A model generated the notes under the pieces. It had not been told where the DNA came from. It searched no databases and saw nothing but the letters and a program-made list of their open reading frames with translations. This document shows, one piece after another, positions 28,009 to 43,888 of a DNA stretch of 64,000 nucleotides (position 1 is the stretch's first letter; every line of letters starts with the position of its first letter). The DNA comes from Eledone cirrhosa (taxonomy: Eukaryota): NCBI GenBank assembly GCA_964016885.1, contig CAXHJY010000601.1:1-64000 (forward strand), in the 5' to 3' direction. Position numbers and translations under genes: made by a program.

Positions 28009-28927
28009 ATTATCATCGTTATTATTTTATTTCAGCTTTCAGGGATAGATGGGTTGTTATGAGTATTTATTCAAAGTTTTTTCTCTTCTAGGAAGTCCAG
28101 AAAAGTAAGTCTTGCTCATACATTCCAATTTCAACTGAAAATAATTTGCTTAAATTTTTATGTAAATTGCATTGTAACATTATTTCTATATACTTCAAAT
28201 ATATTTGAAATTGGATAGCTAATTTATGAGACATTCACAAAATATTAACACAGAGATTTATTGGAGAAATATATTACATAAAGTTACTTAAGGTGTCACA
28301 ATTACCATAGAATGAACATGTTCTGTATTATTTATAGCAATTTCTGAGTTTGTTTTCGAAATGTTTCATCTACAAAGGGGGTGTGGGAATCTTGTGACCT
28401 GCTTGGTTGTAGCCAAACCAACTATCAACTAATCATATTACATAAATTAAAATTGGTGACATAAAGGTGAGGAGAAGGTGATTGTACATAATGTACAATT
28501 TCAGTGACCTTTAGATCAAATATTTAGAAGCCCTAGTAACCTTTAAGACAATATCTATGTATTAATCTTTGTGTCTATATTTGTATAAACATATATGTGT
28601 GATGTATAAGTGTTATTAGCTATGTTATGTGTGAGGATGTGTACATGTGTGTGTCAGGAAGGGAGAGAATAGATTTGTGTTTAGTGCTAGATATGGTATG
28701 GAAGTGATAGTCCGTAATTCTATGTGACTTTAATTTTATGCAAATTATATGCATGTGGCCACCTACAAACATATGCAACAATGGATAATTGTTTCACTTT
28801 TGCATAATGGGATATCACCTATCCAGCAATTATTTAATTTGCTTGTCTATCTATCTTCATAAATCTCCCTCTCTCTCTCTCTCTCTATCTCTCTCTCACT
28901 CTCTCTCACTCTCTCACTCTCTCTCAC

Positions 28928-29052
<125 letters not shown>

Positions 29053-29136
29053 CATATATACATATATAACAGAAACAATAAAGAAAACAACACTGTAGAA
29101 TGAAGAAATATATTAGTTTCAAGCTTAAGAAAGAAG

Positions 29137-29171
29137 TCTCTATGTTTCAGACATAGTCGTTCATCAGAAGA
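29137..29171 (-). ncRNA. degenerate minimal hammerhead ribozyme
   Basis: Minus strand TCTT-CTGATGA-A-CGAC TAT GTCT-GAAA-CA-TA-GAGA; flanks resemble the 27408 element. Confidence 0.6.
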
Positions 29172-29270
29172 AAAAAGGAGAAATAAAAGATGAAATGGAA
29201 AGATAGAAAGTGAGAAGAGGAAGGAACATAACAACATAATTTGACGGAAAAAAATGTGTGTATTCAGTTA

Positions 29271-29336
<66 letters not shown>

Positions 29337-29505
29337 TATATACACATATATATATAAATTGTCCAACTCATGAAAGCATGGAAAAGCAGGCATAGAAATG
29401 AGGATGATGATGATGATAATATATATATATATATATATATACATACATATATATATGTGTACATCTATATACATATATATATACATATATATATACATAT
29501 ATATA

Positions 29506-29576
<71 letters not shown>

Positions 29577-30848
29577 CAATTATATACATATCTGTATACA
29601 TAAATTCATGCATACATACATATATATATTTATATATAGAGTGGGCTATTGTCGGAATTGTTTGCACATTCGACAACTTCTTTTGTGTTATTAATATTGG
29701 CTCCTTGCAGTCTCTAACTGAAGCCTACTTGGATAGTAAACTGAATTGATCTCCCAGTTTAACATCATCACCTGGTCCTTGAGTGCATTTAGCAGAGTTC
29801 ATTTTGTTATTAGTTTTCAGGCCAGGTTCTTGATTTAATGAGTTTTTAGTATATATATAGTAAAACACACTCACAGTCAGTGTGTTTTACTATAGATTTC
29901 TGGCAATATGTTTCAACACACGATTTCATATAAAAAACTTTGCAAAAGAAATATATATATATATATACATATATGATGTCGTCAAGTATGAAATTTGTAG
30001 AAATTTGTAGACAAAAACAAATTTCTACACATTTCATACTTCACGACCCAATATATATATACATATATCTATACATATATATATATATACAAACCTTAGA
30101 CATTTTATGATGACCATGATTGTGACTATGATGATAATGATAAGAAGAAACAGGTGTGTATGATAGTGAGGATGATGCCATGTTGATGATAACAAATATG
30201 GTGGTGATAGTAAAAGAATTGATGAGGATAATGGTGATGAAAACTGACTATATCAATGATGCAGATGATAATAATGGTTATGATTATACCGATGATGCGA
30301 CAACATATATTTATGTATATATGCATGAATATGTATGTGTATTTATGCATGGGAATATATATGTGTGTGATATATTTGATATTATTTCTATTCAATCTTA
30401 CTCCCTTCGCATGATTAAAGCAAATTTCATTTGGCTTTCGGATGACACATTTTATAACTACTTAGTAACCATACTTAGTACCATATTATTATTATTATTG
30501 ATACTCTTGTGGCTTTATCTCTAAATTATATGAAAAAATAATTCTTCTCCTTATTTACTTACACTTCTCTACATTTCAAGTAGGATATATATATTTATAT
30601 ATATATATATATCATCATCATCATCATCATCATCATCACTGTTTAAAATTTATTTTCCAGTGTTGATGATAATGATTATGATGATGATATATATTGATCT
30701 ATTAAACATACCAGGGAAAAGTATTCAGAACCTCTTACAAGTTGCAGATGCATCCAGCTATGAGTAGGATATATATAATATATATATATAGTGATATTCA
30801 TATATACCACCACAGAATCACAATAAATGCAGATATATATATACATAC

Positions 30849-30909
<61 letters not shown>

Positions 30910-30913
30910 ATCT

Positions 30914-30946
<33 letters not shown>

Positions 30947-31908
30947 GTATGTGTATACATAACTGCATTAATAATTTTTACAAAGGACAAAACATTTACA
31001 TCTCACACTCATACACATTTACATATATACACATACACAAGCACATACACACATATATTCGTATGCATATATATGTATGTGTAATGTATGCACTTAAATA
31101 TCTTTTATATAGGATACAGATCAAATTTTTATCACATTATAACAAAGAACTAAGGAACCCTCCACCATTGTTAGGTTATGGTAAGATCTCATGGGATGCA
31201 CTGTTTGCTTTGGTTGTTAGTATTACTGTACCTTGGACAACTCTTGACCCAACCGTAAACCCATACTACTCCATTCCAACAAAAAGGAAAAATATTAATA
31301 AACTTTATCAAAATGTACAGACAAAATGTCTTCAGATTCAATGTGCTGAACCATTTACTACTCTACATTACCATTTGGAACCTTACTATTATATAGTTCT
31401 CTTTTCCCTATTTTGTCAGACTGACAATTGAAATCAAGATTGTCTACACTGTAGGTGAATGACCTAATAGAAATAACATCTAAATTCGTTCAAATTACCT
31501 TCTAATATCTTTAAAATAAAAGAAAGACCCCCTTAAGCCAATGGTTCTAAGCTTTTTCTCTAAGCTTTACATGCCACATCTTCATGTCCCACATTGATAT
31601 AGAAACATGTTAAAAAGATATAAAGTAAAATTTTATAGAATTACCTCAAAAATATTCAAGTTTTTTCACTGTGGGTTAATCACCCCACACAGAAATATTG
31701 CATTATATAACATACTTTTAAATATATGTAAATGATTGAATGATCATTATAGGATGCCTTTAAACATATGTCTGTTTATAATCAGAGCAGACCTGGGGCT
31801 AAACAAAAATTAAACCCCACTTTTACTTCACTTTACAGCTGAATGGTAATGGTTAGCAGTAAGAAACAAGACAAATATATGTAAAAAAATATAAATTGCT
31901 AAAAAACA

Positions 31909-32005
<97 letters not shown>

Positions 32006-32391
32006 AAAGTTTCCATCCATGTTACTATGGCAATATGGATGAGAAACTTTAACCCCAAAAAATCTTTTAAGTAGCTTCAAAGCCTGAAAAACTAATGGAT
32101 AACAGGATAGGTTTTGTTTTTTTTTGCATATGTGTGCATGTGTGTATGTGTGTGCTTGTGAAAGGAGGGCAACATATGTGTGTGAATATGCAGTTTTGTG
32201 CTACTTATTCATGTTCTTGTTATTATTCTCGTTCTTGATCTTATTCTTAAGATCCATTATTCCTAGAATATTTGTTACCCTAGATTCTTCAATATTAATA
32301 TCTGGTTTTCATAAATATGCAAGTAAATGCAGTGTATCATGACATATCGTCATTCAATCTATATATTTATCAATATGTCTATCTATCTATC

Positions 32392-32448
<57 letters not shown>

Positions 32449-32848
32449 GCACATATGTAATTATGCTGCACTGCACAATCTATACTGCATGCCAAATTAT
32501 TATAGATAATTACAATTACTACTACTACTAATAATAATAATAATACTTCTACTACTACTAATACTACTACTACCACTAACTACTACTATTGCTGCTTATA
32601 TTGCTACTATTACCACTCTTACTAATACTACTACTAATAATAATGAAAAGTAAGTTGATATTAATACTGCACTTCATATATGTGCGCATGTGTGTATCTG
32701 TCTGTGTGCATGCAGGTATGTTTGTATACCTATATATATAACTGAGCAAGCAAGGCAAGTGTTGAGTTGTCAACTACTGTGAGACAAATAAGGACTCAGC
32801 CAGATTGAGTTTCTTTGAAACTAAAATTTTATAAAGATAGTATGACTG

Positions 32849-33379
<531 letters not shown>

Positions 33380-33926
33380 ATGTGTATATACATATATGCA
33401 TTCAAATCATTAGGAAAATATTTCAATTCTTGTAAATATGTGTGTATTTAAAGATACTTTTATGGCTATTATGAAAAGCATTAAAATACCTTTTAAAAAA
33501 AGTAAAGCTTGCTTTCTTGCTGTCAAAAATTTCATTGTATTTAAATAAAAGATAAAGATGATATATTATATCAACCGCATATGAATTATCATTGTGCCCT
33601 TTACATACACTAATGTGACATCCTTATGCATGTGATCAAAGTTTTTTGTAGTTTTCTCTTTTTTTTCTGTTGGGTTAAAAGAGAAATGTATGGATTTTTA
33701 AATATATTTTTAAATATCAGCAAATGAATGCCTAGGATTTAATATGTTATCCCTTTCAAATATAACTTTGCTTTTGTTTTTTTTTTCATAAAAATGTTCT
33801 AAAAATATTTTTGAAAATTATGATATTTTCAGAAAGGTACATAAACTTTACAACCCATGATGCCACAAATAAATGGTTAGGATTGGATTAGGATTTTAAT
33901 TCATTTGTTTCTAAATAAATGAATAA

Positions 33927-33969
<43 letters not shown>

Positions 33970-34322
33970 ATGAATAATAAATAAATGAATAAATAAATAA
34001 ATATGTATGTAAATAAAAAAAAAAAGAATGTTTGCATTGCTAGTATTATGAGAAATACAAAGAAATACTGCACAACCCTTCTGGTGATGCCTTAGCACAA
34101 AGATGTTTCAAGCATCAGGAAAATATAAGAAAGGATTATTATTGTTTGGAAAGTAAATAGAAATGTGGTGTTTGATGATCATCATCATAACTCAAGGTCT
34201 TTCTTCTTATAATTATTGAGGGTTCACAACTAGTTCTGGTATTGTATTTCATTCTTGATAAAAATAAATATTTCCAACTATACCGGACTTATAAATCTCC
34301 GTTATAACTTATCACACTTGAC

Positions 34323-34414
<92 letters not shown>

Positions 34415-34444
34415 TATATATATATATATATATATGCATATATG

Positions 34445-34475
<31 letters not shown>

Positions 34476-34530
34476 ATATATATGTATATACGTATATATA
34501 TGTATATATATATATATGTATATATGTATA

Positions 34531-34651
<121 letters not shown>

Positions 34652-35809
34652 CCTTTAATATGTTACAAAAACTAGTTTCATTATAGAAATCTTCTTTATC
34701 CTTTTTCATTTAAAAATATATTTGTCCTTCAATTGCTAGTAGTTAAAACCATCATTTTGTTGAAGATCTTTGGCCTACTACGCACCCCACCACAACTATG
34801 TAATATATTCATACGTCTTTGGAGTAGAAGTTTCAGCACATGGCCAAGCCTGTATTTTGTCTCTGGGAAACTTTTAAAGACCTAGAGAGCTTCTCTTGTT
34901 TAATTGTACGATACCTATAGGAATTCATAAATACATATATATATATATGATATATGTCTATACATGTATCTATATATCTATCCATCAATATATATATATG
35001 TTGAGATATATATATATATATATACATATTTGCCTTGTACATATGTATTATATTTATACTACATGCATGTATATGTGCCCATGTGTTTGGTTTGCATACT
35101 TGTCGATGTATTATAAGCTCCGCTCTTGCAAAGTTGCAACCAATTCTGCAGCTACTATTGAAATAATATATTCCAATATACTGCTTCTGTCCTTTAGTAT
35201 TTCAATTCCCTTTTATTTGGCTCAAACAAAATTATTTCAGCCATAATATGATGAATTGTTTCTCACCAGGCTTTGTTATAATGTCAGAGAGTATTTGTTT
35301 TGAGGTCAGTAAAGTATTTACCTTCTATTGTGATTAGTCTTGATGGGTTGTTCTTAAATTTTGTTTTTTTTTTGCTCTATGCCCCATTTCAACCCCTTAA
35401 AAATGTTTGGTGTAACTTTATTTATTATTATTTTGGGGAGTGGGGAGGTTTTGTAGGTCTGGAGTAAAGTGCAGTACTTACTTCCTTCACACACCCTCCA
35501 AGATATATTGTAAAATTTAGAAATTATAGGGTAAAATTGTTCCCCAGAATTACCAGTTGTTCCCCTCAGAGTAAGGCATGCGCCCTCTGTTCAGAATTCT
35601 TGGTCTAGACCCACGCTTTAAATCCCTTTCTCAGCAACTATTTTTTTTTAGAACAATATCCTATAAATGCATGTTATCATTGTTATCATTTAGAAACCAG
35701 TGGAATGTCATTTTTATATCATTTCAAAGAATGTAACCAAAGCAAATTATCATTTTTTTTTTAATATTTTAAAATTAATGAAAGATTTTTGATAAACAAA
35801 TACACCGGA

Positions 35810-35890
35810 TTTATAATAATAATGATAATAATAATAATGATAATAATGATGATAATAATAATAATTAAGAAGAAGAAGAAGAAGAAGAAG

Positions 35891-35960
<70 letters not shown>
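35810..35960. repeat. compound (TAA)(GAA)(TAG) microsatellite
   Basis: Consecutive trinucleotide runs. Confidence 0.95.
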
Positions 35961-36231
35961 TGTAGAGAAAAATCTGTACTACTGTGTCAAATCTGAAAAG
36001 CCAAATGAGTTTGTTAGTATAAGGAATCTCTTGTAGAACATTTGTTCCATGTTTGGTTGGCTGGTTGGTTGGTTGGTTGGTTTGTTGGTTGGTTGGTTGG
36101 GTGGCTGATATAGAATTCAACTCTGCTGTGTGGAGTTGTGTTCTGAAATCTCAATAGCCAATGGGTAATGAAATGGAAAAGAAGAGAATCTTGGAAAATT
36201 TATGAATGTGTCTTAATAGAAAAAGGCATAC

Positions 36232-36285
<54 letters not shown>

Positions 36286-36866
36286 ATGTTTGTGTGGGTA
36301 TGTGTATGCATGTGCGCGTGTGTGTCTGTGCATAGGCATCTGACTGGAAGAGCTCAAAACTGTGAGAGAACTCAATGTTGAGAGTAGACTTAAATATGAT
36401 CTTTACACTTTACTTTAAAGTATATACAAATCTTGGCAGAAAGTTCTATATTCTATCAAGGTTCAAATCCACTGATCTCATGAAACTTATGTAGCACTTC
36501 CATTTCTTAAGTACACAATAAAGATCATATAGATATGTGTGTGTGTATATATCTGTGGAGTGGGGTACAGATATAAATTATACATACATGTCTGCATACG
36601 TGTTCATTTGGGAGTGTCTGCATGCAGGCAAAATAATCATCATCATCATTACCATCAGTGTCATCATCAATACTATAATATAACTTTGATTGCAAGTAAA
36701 GAAATCAGTGATTTATAAAGAAACAAGGGAAATAATCAGTGACAGACTAAATCAAAATTTCAACAATAGTTTGTAGTATAAACATACTACAAAATTATGT
36801 ACGCTGCTGGAATATGCCTAATATTTCAGTTTTGAGAAAGAAATCAAAGAATTAAATGAAATAATA

Positions 36867-37008
<142 letters not shown>

Positions 37009-37259
37009 GTATGTGTGTATGTATGTGTGTACGTATGTGTGTGTATCATCATCATCATTTGACATCAGCTTTTACTGTTTGCAAAGGTGTTGTTTGGCTC
37101 TTCACAAACCAAGTCAGTACTTATGCAAGGCTACTGACCTTCAGATATATCACATGTTCACATCCTTCTTATATAAGGTCCCACACTCTACTGAGTGCAA
37201 TTTATTATGGCACCGGCACTTGACATGTGTCTTTGTCTTTGATATATACATATATTTGG

Positions 37260-37422
37260 CAGGGTCGGACGCCATGCTTTGCAGCACAGTTACGTCTCTT
37301 TACGGACTGAGTTCAAATCCCACCGAGGTTAACTTTGCCTTTCATCCTTACGGGATCGATAAAATAAAGTACCAGTAATACACTGGAATAATTGCTGGCC
37401 TTGTGCCAAAAGTAGAAACAAT
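37260..37422 (+). mobile_element. SINE, 5'-truncated
   Basis: Conserved B box and body. Confidence 0.9.
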
Positions 37423-37589
37423 TATATATATACATACATATATATATATATATATTTGAAAATATTGTAGTTTTAAAATACTATCCTTATGAACAGATAG
37501 AAACTGTAACACCTGAAAATATAAAATATAAATGTAAAAATTCCAGGAGGTCTAAGGAAGGGCTGATTATTTATTTTCTTTAATAAGTG

Positions 37590-37865
37590 GAGGCACATGG
37601 CCTGGTGGTAAGTGTGTTGGACTTACGATCATAATGTCATGGGTTCCATTCTTGGGTTGGGTTGTGTGTTGTGATCTTAAGCAAAAGATTTCATTTAATG
37701 TTGCTCCAGTATACTCAGCTGAAAATGAGTACCAGCAATAGCTGTGGGTTTAACCATGTGATGGATTGGTGTCATGTCCAGGGAGGAGTCTTGTACTCTT
37801 AGTCGCTCTACGCCATGAAACCAGGATAAACACTGTCCTTACAAGCCTTCTGGCTTAAGACAGAC
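37590..37865 (+). mobile_element. tRNA-derived SINE (second family)
   Basis: GGCACATGGCCTGGTGGT A box, GGGTTCCATTC B-box-like, GATCTTAAGCAAAAG core. Confidence 0.7.
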
Positions 37866-38755
37866 TTTAGATTTTAATATTATGCTTTCTTTACATTTTA
37901 TATTGTTGTCTCAAACTGATAACTTTAGAAATTGTACATTCTTCTTTGAATAGAATTTGCACTATATAGCATAACTATGAAATACAATAATATATGGGTA
38001 GCGATATATGATAATATGAAACTTTAGTCATATATCATCATCATCGATTAACGTCTATCTTCCACGCTAGCATGGGTTAGACAGGTCCTATTTTGAGGCA
38101 AGTTGTGTTGGGTCACCATGTCTAGCACATATAGGGGTGTTTCTGGCTATTTTTCAATGGCTGGATGCCCTTCCTAACGCTAACCACATTTACAGTATAA
38201 TATATATAGATATTACATATAAATATTGTCTGTGTTGTATTTTGCTGAGTGTTGTTTTATCTGTGTGTGTTTCTGAATGTATGTGTGTCTTTTGAATTGT
38301 CATTTGTTTTCTACATATGCATAAGAAATTAATTTATAAATCTGATTGAATGCAGTTGGTAGAACTCTTATCACAGGATCAGATTGGTTAGCTGCTTTTC
38401 TATATTCAATTAGATACCTTCTTCTTAAAGGTGCTGACTTTGTCATTTATCCTGTGACAGAGAGAGAAAGAGAGAGCATGTACATGTGTTGATGACAGAA
38501 TTTCCAACTCTATACAACAAAAAAACCTGAAGGGTCAGTTGTGTCTCATCTAATATAATCTAAACAAAAAAAGAAATTTAACATTTGGAAGATTGATCCA
38601 TTTCTTGGAAAACTTGAAAGTAACGAAAACTAACATGCACAAATGCATACACACAGCCACACAGACACACACACATATATATATGTATATATATATATAT
38701 TATATACATATATATATATTATATATGTATATATATAAGCATATAAATATATGCC

Positions 38756-38798
<43 letters not shown>

Positions 38799-39503
38799 CT
38801 TCTACTATATTAGATCTAGAACTTTGCTTCCTTCCTTTTATTTTCTTCTATTTTTTAATAAATTTATCTAACAGTTTTGTTATTGTCTTTCCTTTTCACA
38901 TGACAATTTCGGTCTAGAAATTACATCACGATTTTTTCAATTTTTTTTCAGTATGTATTTGTTGTGAATGTTCAGTAATAACATTGCTGCACTGTCATGC
39001 CATTTCTGAAAATAGCCTTGCATCATGAAACCTTTATTAAGAATTCTGCGTTATTCCTATATTTTGCATACTAAGCAATATCTTTTACATTTGATTGTTC
39101 CTAAAATCTATACTTGACAACATATAATATAATGTTGTGTATATCACTGTTGTTTTGGAGAACGCAACAGCATACTGAATTATATATATATATGTTGTCA
39201 AGTAGATTGGGTTTTTTGACAAAATATACAAAAATAACAAAATTCAAAAGCATCAACGCAAACGTTTTTTCGCACCTTTATTTATTATTTAAATTTGTTC
39301 CATTATTTTTTTATTTGAAAAACTTTGTTTTAATATCTTCTTTTATTTCAGTATTATTGTATATATCATATTCGATAGGCATATCATTCTTTGAAGAGTT
39401 GAAAAACAAATGTGATGCGCTTATGTATATATATATATAGAGAGAGAGAGACAGAGAATAGGGGGAGAGATACACACACACACACATATACATATATATT
39501 TAA

Positions 39504-39566
<63 letters not shown>

Positions 39567-39951
39567 GGTGTGTGTGTGTCCATATGTAAATATGTACATA
39601 ATCTCATCTATATGTACATACAGTCAACATTTTCCCTCTATTCACATTTATATATAGGAGAACATTTTCAAATATGTCAATATTATACTAATGTAAATAA
39701 AGTAAATTGCCAAAGCATAATACTGTTTACAGATCCTTTTGTATGGAGAACACAATAGGATCCATCAGTATATGCTATCAATGCAATTAATATTGTTATT
39801 GTTGTTGCTGTTAAGATGGTTTATTGGCAGATTATTTACAGCACAACACAATTTTTTGTGGTATTTGCTTAGTCGTTTAGGTTTTCCAAAGTCAATTTTG
39901 CCTCACATCCTACCAGAGGCTGATAAAATTCGTTATATAATTGACTATTGT

Positions 39952-39983
<32 letters not shown>

Positions 39984-40172
39984 TGTATGTATGTATGTAT
40001 GTATGTATGTATGTATGTATGTATGTATGTTAGATATCGTTTTTGATTACTATAGTTCAAGAGTTAGAGTAAATTTATCGAGGTCTGTTTCAGCATATTT
40101 TGGTTATTATTGACTCAATAAATGGGTTATTTCAGGAGGCCGCTGTATTGCTAATCTGTGTAAATCTTTCTC

Positions 40173-40272
<100 letters not shown>

Positions 40273-40325
40273 TATACTATAAGGATAAGGAACAAGGTTC
40301 AGTGTTGCATCATAACATATTTAAT

Positions 40326-40419
40326 AACATATTACATATGTTTCACTATCGATCAGCTCGAGGCAAGACCTATGATAGATCGAACCTGACTCTGTAATCA
40401 AAAGGTCGTCAGATATGCT
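40326..40419 (-). ncRNA. type I hammerhead ribozyme with extended stem II
   Basis: Minus strand AGCATAT-CTGACGA-(61 nt)-GAAA-CATATG-TA-ATATGTT: 7-bp stem I, palindromic ACATATGT stem III, GUA site. Confidence 0.75.
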
Positions 40420-40692
40420 TAGTATATATGTATATGTATATGTATATATACATTGGAAGTCGTTTGACATGGTGATCACCATTGTATGGAGAACACAATG
40501 GCCCCTATGTTAAATGCTACTAACTAAATAATCTTATATAAATGATTAGTAGGTATGCACAAGAATGTATACATTGACACACACACATAATTGGGCTTAA
40601 TAATTATATTCAAACTCAACCTATGGACTTCTGTTGATCTATACCTTGGATTTATTTACTACCTATTACTACTATATACATACACACATATA

Positions 40693-40758
40693 CAAATATT
40701 TATCATAAGTACAGATTAAACTTTAAGCAAAGAATTGCTTAAACTTTAAACTGTACTT

Positions 40759-40807
<49 letters not shown>

Positions 40808-41008
40808 ATGTATATAGTAGTAATAGTGTATATATATATATATATATTATAAGTACAGTTTAAAGTTTAAGCAATTCTTTGCTTAAAGTTTAATCTGTAC
40901 TTATGATAAATATTTGCTCTACTGGTTTTTATATATACTTTTTATATATATATATGTAATCCTTATGGAGCCCTCTTCAGATTTTAGTCTTCACATTTAT
41001 TATTACTA
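40693..41008. mobile_element. family C element with inverted duplication around a (TA)n/(TG)n tract
   Basis: 40693-40762 is the reverse complement of 40848-40916; the remainder matches 42781-42890, 45790-45935 and 60238-60400. Confidence 0.7.
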
Positions 41009-41017
41009 TATATATAT

Positions 41018-41190
41018 ATATTTAATATAGAAATGGGTTCTACAGCACTAGAACTGTTTCATTCGGAGGAAATCTTCAAGAAAGCAGTTCTAGTCCTGTA
41101 GAAGCCATTTCTATATTAAATATTTATACTCTGCTATGTATTGAGTACCTTACTTACTGCGGTTACCTACAATTGAACCTGGGATAAACA
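41018..41190. mobile_element. fold-back element: about 105-bp palindrome plus tail
   Basis: Arms 41018-41060 and 41080-41123; centre on the minus strand reads TTGAAGA-TTTC CTCC GAAT-GAAACAGTT; tail contains GTATTGAGTAC. Confidence 0.75.
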
Positions 41191-41196
41191 TATATA

Positions 41197-41246
<50 letters not shown>

Positions 41247-41431
41247 GTCGTCAACCTATTTGTATATATCGTTGTTGTGGTACAAGTATGGCCACTGCTT
41301 CTGGTCGCTTTTCTGGGTGTCACACTTTATTAATTTCTGTGTTTACTCTGAACAAAAATATTTCAACTTCTCACTCAATTGTGTGCTTTGTGACTGTTTT
41401 TTGTTCATATTCATAATCAACATCACTATTT

Positions 41432-41474
<43 letters not shown>

Positions 41475-41519
41475 ACATCATTATACTCATCATAATCCCT
41501 TTATGTATGTTTTCCTATG

Positions 41520-41830
41520 CCTGTATGGGTTGTACAGGTCTTCTCTAATGCAGGGACCTCCCACTTATTGTTGCTCTTTGTCATCTCATTCTCATATGAG
41601 ATTCAAACACATGAGTTTATCTTTAACCACTTTTTTCCATGTTTTAGAAGTTCCTTCCATATCCATCTGTTGATAATTCTTTAACAAACTGTCAGACTCC
41701 ATGTATATCATATGTCCATACCAGCTTAGTCTTCTTTTTCCTCTTATAACCAATTTTATGTTAGTTTATCATCTGTTCTAATATCTAACATTACATATCC
41801 AACAGAACAGTATAATTTCTTCCCAGCCGT
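41520..41830 (-). mobile_element. decayed RTE LINE fragment
   Basis: Minus strand remnant EKRRLSWYGHMI resembles 5460-5500; ends next to an RTE-like tail. Confidence 0.55.
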
Positions 41831-42477
41831 CACACATCCTTCATATTCAACTATAATACCAACTACAGAGTTAATCATGACAGACTAAGGTGAAAAGTCA
41901 TTAATTATGAATTAAGAGAAATTATGATAATGATGGTAAAGAAGGTTGAGGAACAAGAAAGGGTGAAGAAAGAGGATAATGTTGAGTAGCAATTAGGACA
42001 AGAAGTAGTGGTGAGAATTAATGACCTAAATCTAGTAGCTAGTGTTGATGATGTTGGTGATGATGATAATGATCATTATCATGATACCAATGTTGCTTTG
42101 AAGTGTAGATATAGAAGTGATTATTAGCATACACACATACACACACAATTACACACACATACACACACAATTCACCAGTACACATGCACATACATACATA
42201 CATACATATACAAACACATGCATATATAGTCATTTAGACATGCACACACGCACACACACACATACACACACACTTACACACACACGCACGCGCACGCATG
42301 CACACATATATATATATATATATATAATATTAATATTATAGTTATTATTAATGAATGTAATACTGACGTGAAATAAAGTGTCTTGCTCAAGGACATAACA
42401 CATCGCCTGGGAATCGAACTCACAACCTCATGCATGATTGCGAATTCAATTCTCTAAGCACTCAGCCACATGCTTTA

Positions 42478-42561
<84 letters not shown>

Positions 42562-42596
42562 CAAGTAAGTATGTTTTGATATATATATATATAGTA

Positions 42597-42773
42597 ATTG
42601 TTTCTACTTTAGGCACAAGGCCAGCAATTACCCAGTGCATTACTGGTACTTTATTTTATCGACCCCGTAAGGATGAAAGGCAAAGTCAACCTCGGCGGGA
42701 TTTGAACTCAGATCGTAAAGGGACGTAACTATGCTGGAAAGCATGGCGTCCGACCCTCTACCGATACTGCCAA
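42597..42773 (-). mobile_element. SINE, young
   Basis: Near-identical to 59089-59269; CpGs retained. Confidence 0.93.
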
Positions 42774-42888
42774 ATATATATAGTAATAATAATAAATTTG
42801 AAGACTAAAATCCAAAGAGGATCAGAAGATCCCATTAAGGGTGAAAGCACCGATTCTTTGCTTAAACTTTAATCTGTTATTTTAATAA

Positions 42889-42993
<105 letters not shown>

Positions 42994-43670
42994 TATATTT
43001 GTTTGAGGAAGATTTGATTGTTATTTCTAGGAGACAATATAACCCTATAGAGGCTTCCTTGTTGTTTGATTCATTGTAACATTGATGATTGGAGGTTGTA
43101 GTCATGTCAATACTTGTAATGGTGCTGGTTTTCCGTAACATTTCATTTATATTTTATTCATACATTTTTTATTTTAATTTTAAAGTGATTAATAGTATGT
43201 TGACAATAACGATGGTTATAAAGTGGGTGCATCTATGAATGTATTCATGTATATAGTCGTATGTATGCAAATATAGGTGTTTGTTGTATATATCTAAGTG
43301 AATATGAATATATGCTTGTATATGAATCATTGTACTTAACCATATATGGATAAATAGTCATTGGCATACATTTATAACTACATACATGCATGTATGCATA
43401 CATGCATACATGCATACATACATACATACATACATACATACATACATACATACATACATACATACATACATACATACATACATACATACATAAATACATA
43501 CTGAAATCATATGGAATATTACAAGCTCTATTAAGAATTAATTAGGAGAATATCTGAAATAATTATAATGAATTATTGCTAAAAAATCATCATTATACTT
43601 AAAGGTATGCATTCTAAGGTTAGTATTTATTTTGTAATTAATATTCATCTCAGAATGAGTGTATGGTTGA

Positions 43671-43888
43671 AAGGGATTGGTAGTGTTAGTAGAGCGTCGG
43701 ACAACATGCTTCATGGCACAGAGTTATGGCCCTTTATGATCTGAGTTGAAAACCTGCAGAAGTTAGCTTTACCTTTCATCCTTATGGGGTTGATAAAATA
43801 AAATACCAGTAATACACTGGGGTTAATTTAATCGAATTTCCCCTCCCCCAAAAATTACCGGCCTTGTGCCTAATGAAGAAATCATTAT
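43671..43888 (+). mobile_element. SINE, full length
   Basis: Decayed A and B boxes, conserved body. Confidence 0.8.

Noticed and set aside
30742-31431. 229-aa ORF
   Set aside because: The first half is TA repeat and the remainder has no recognisable domain or splice support.
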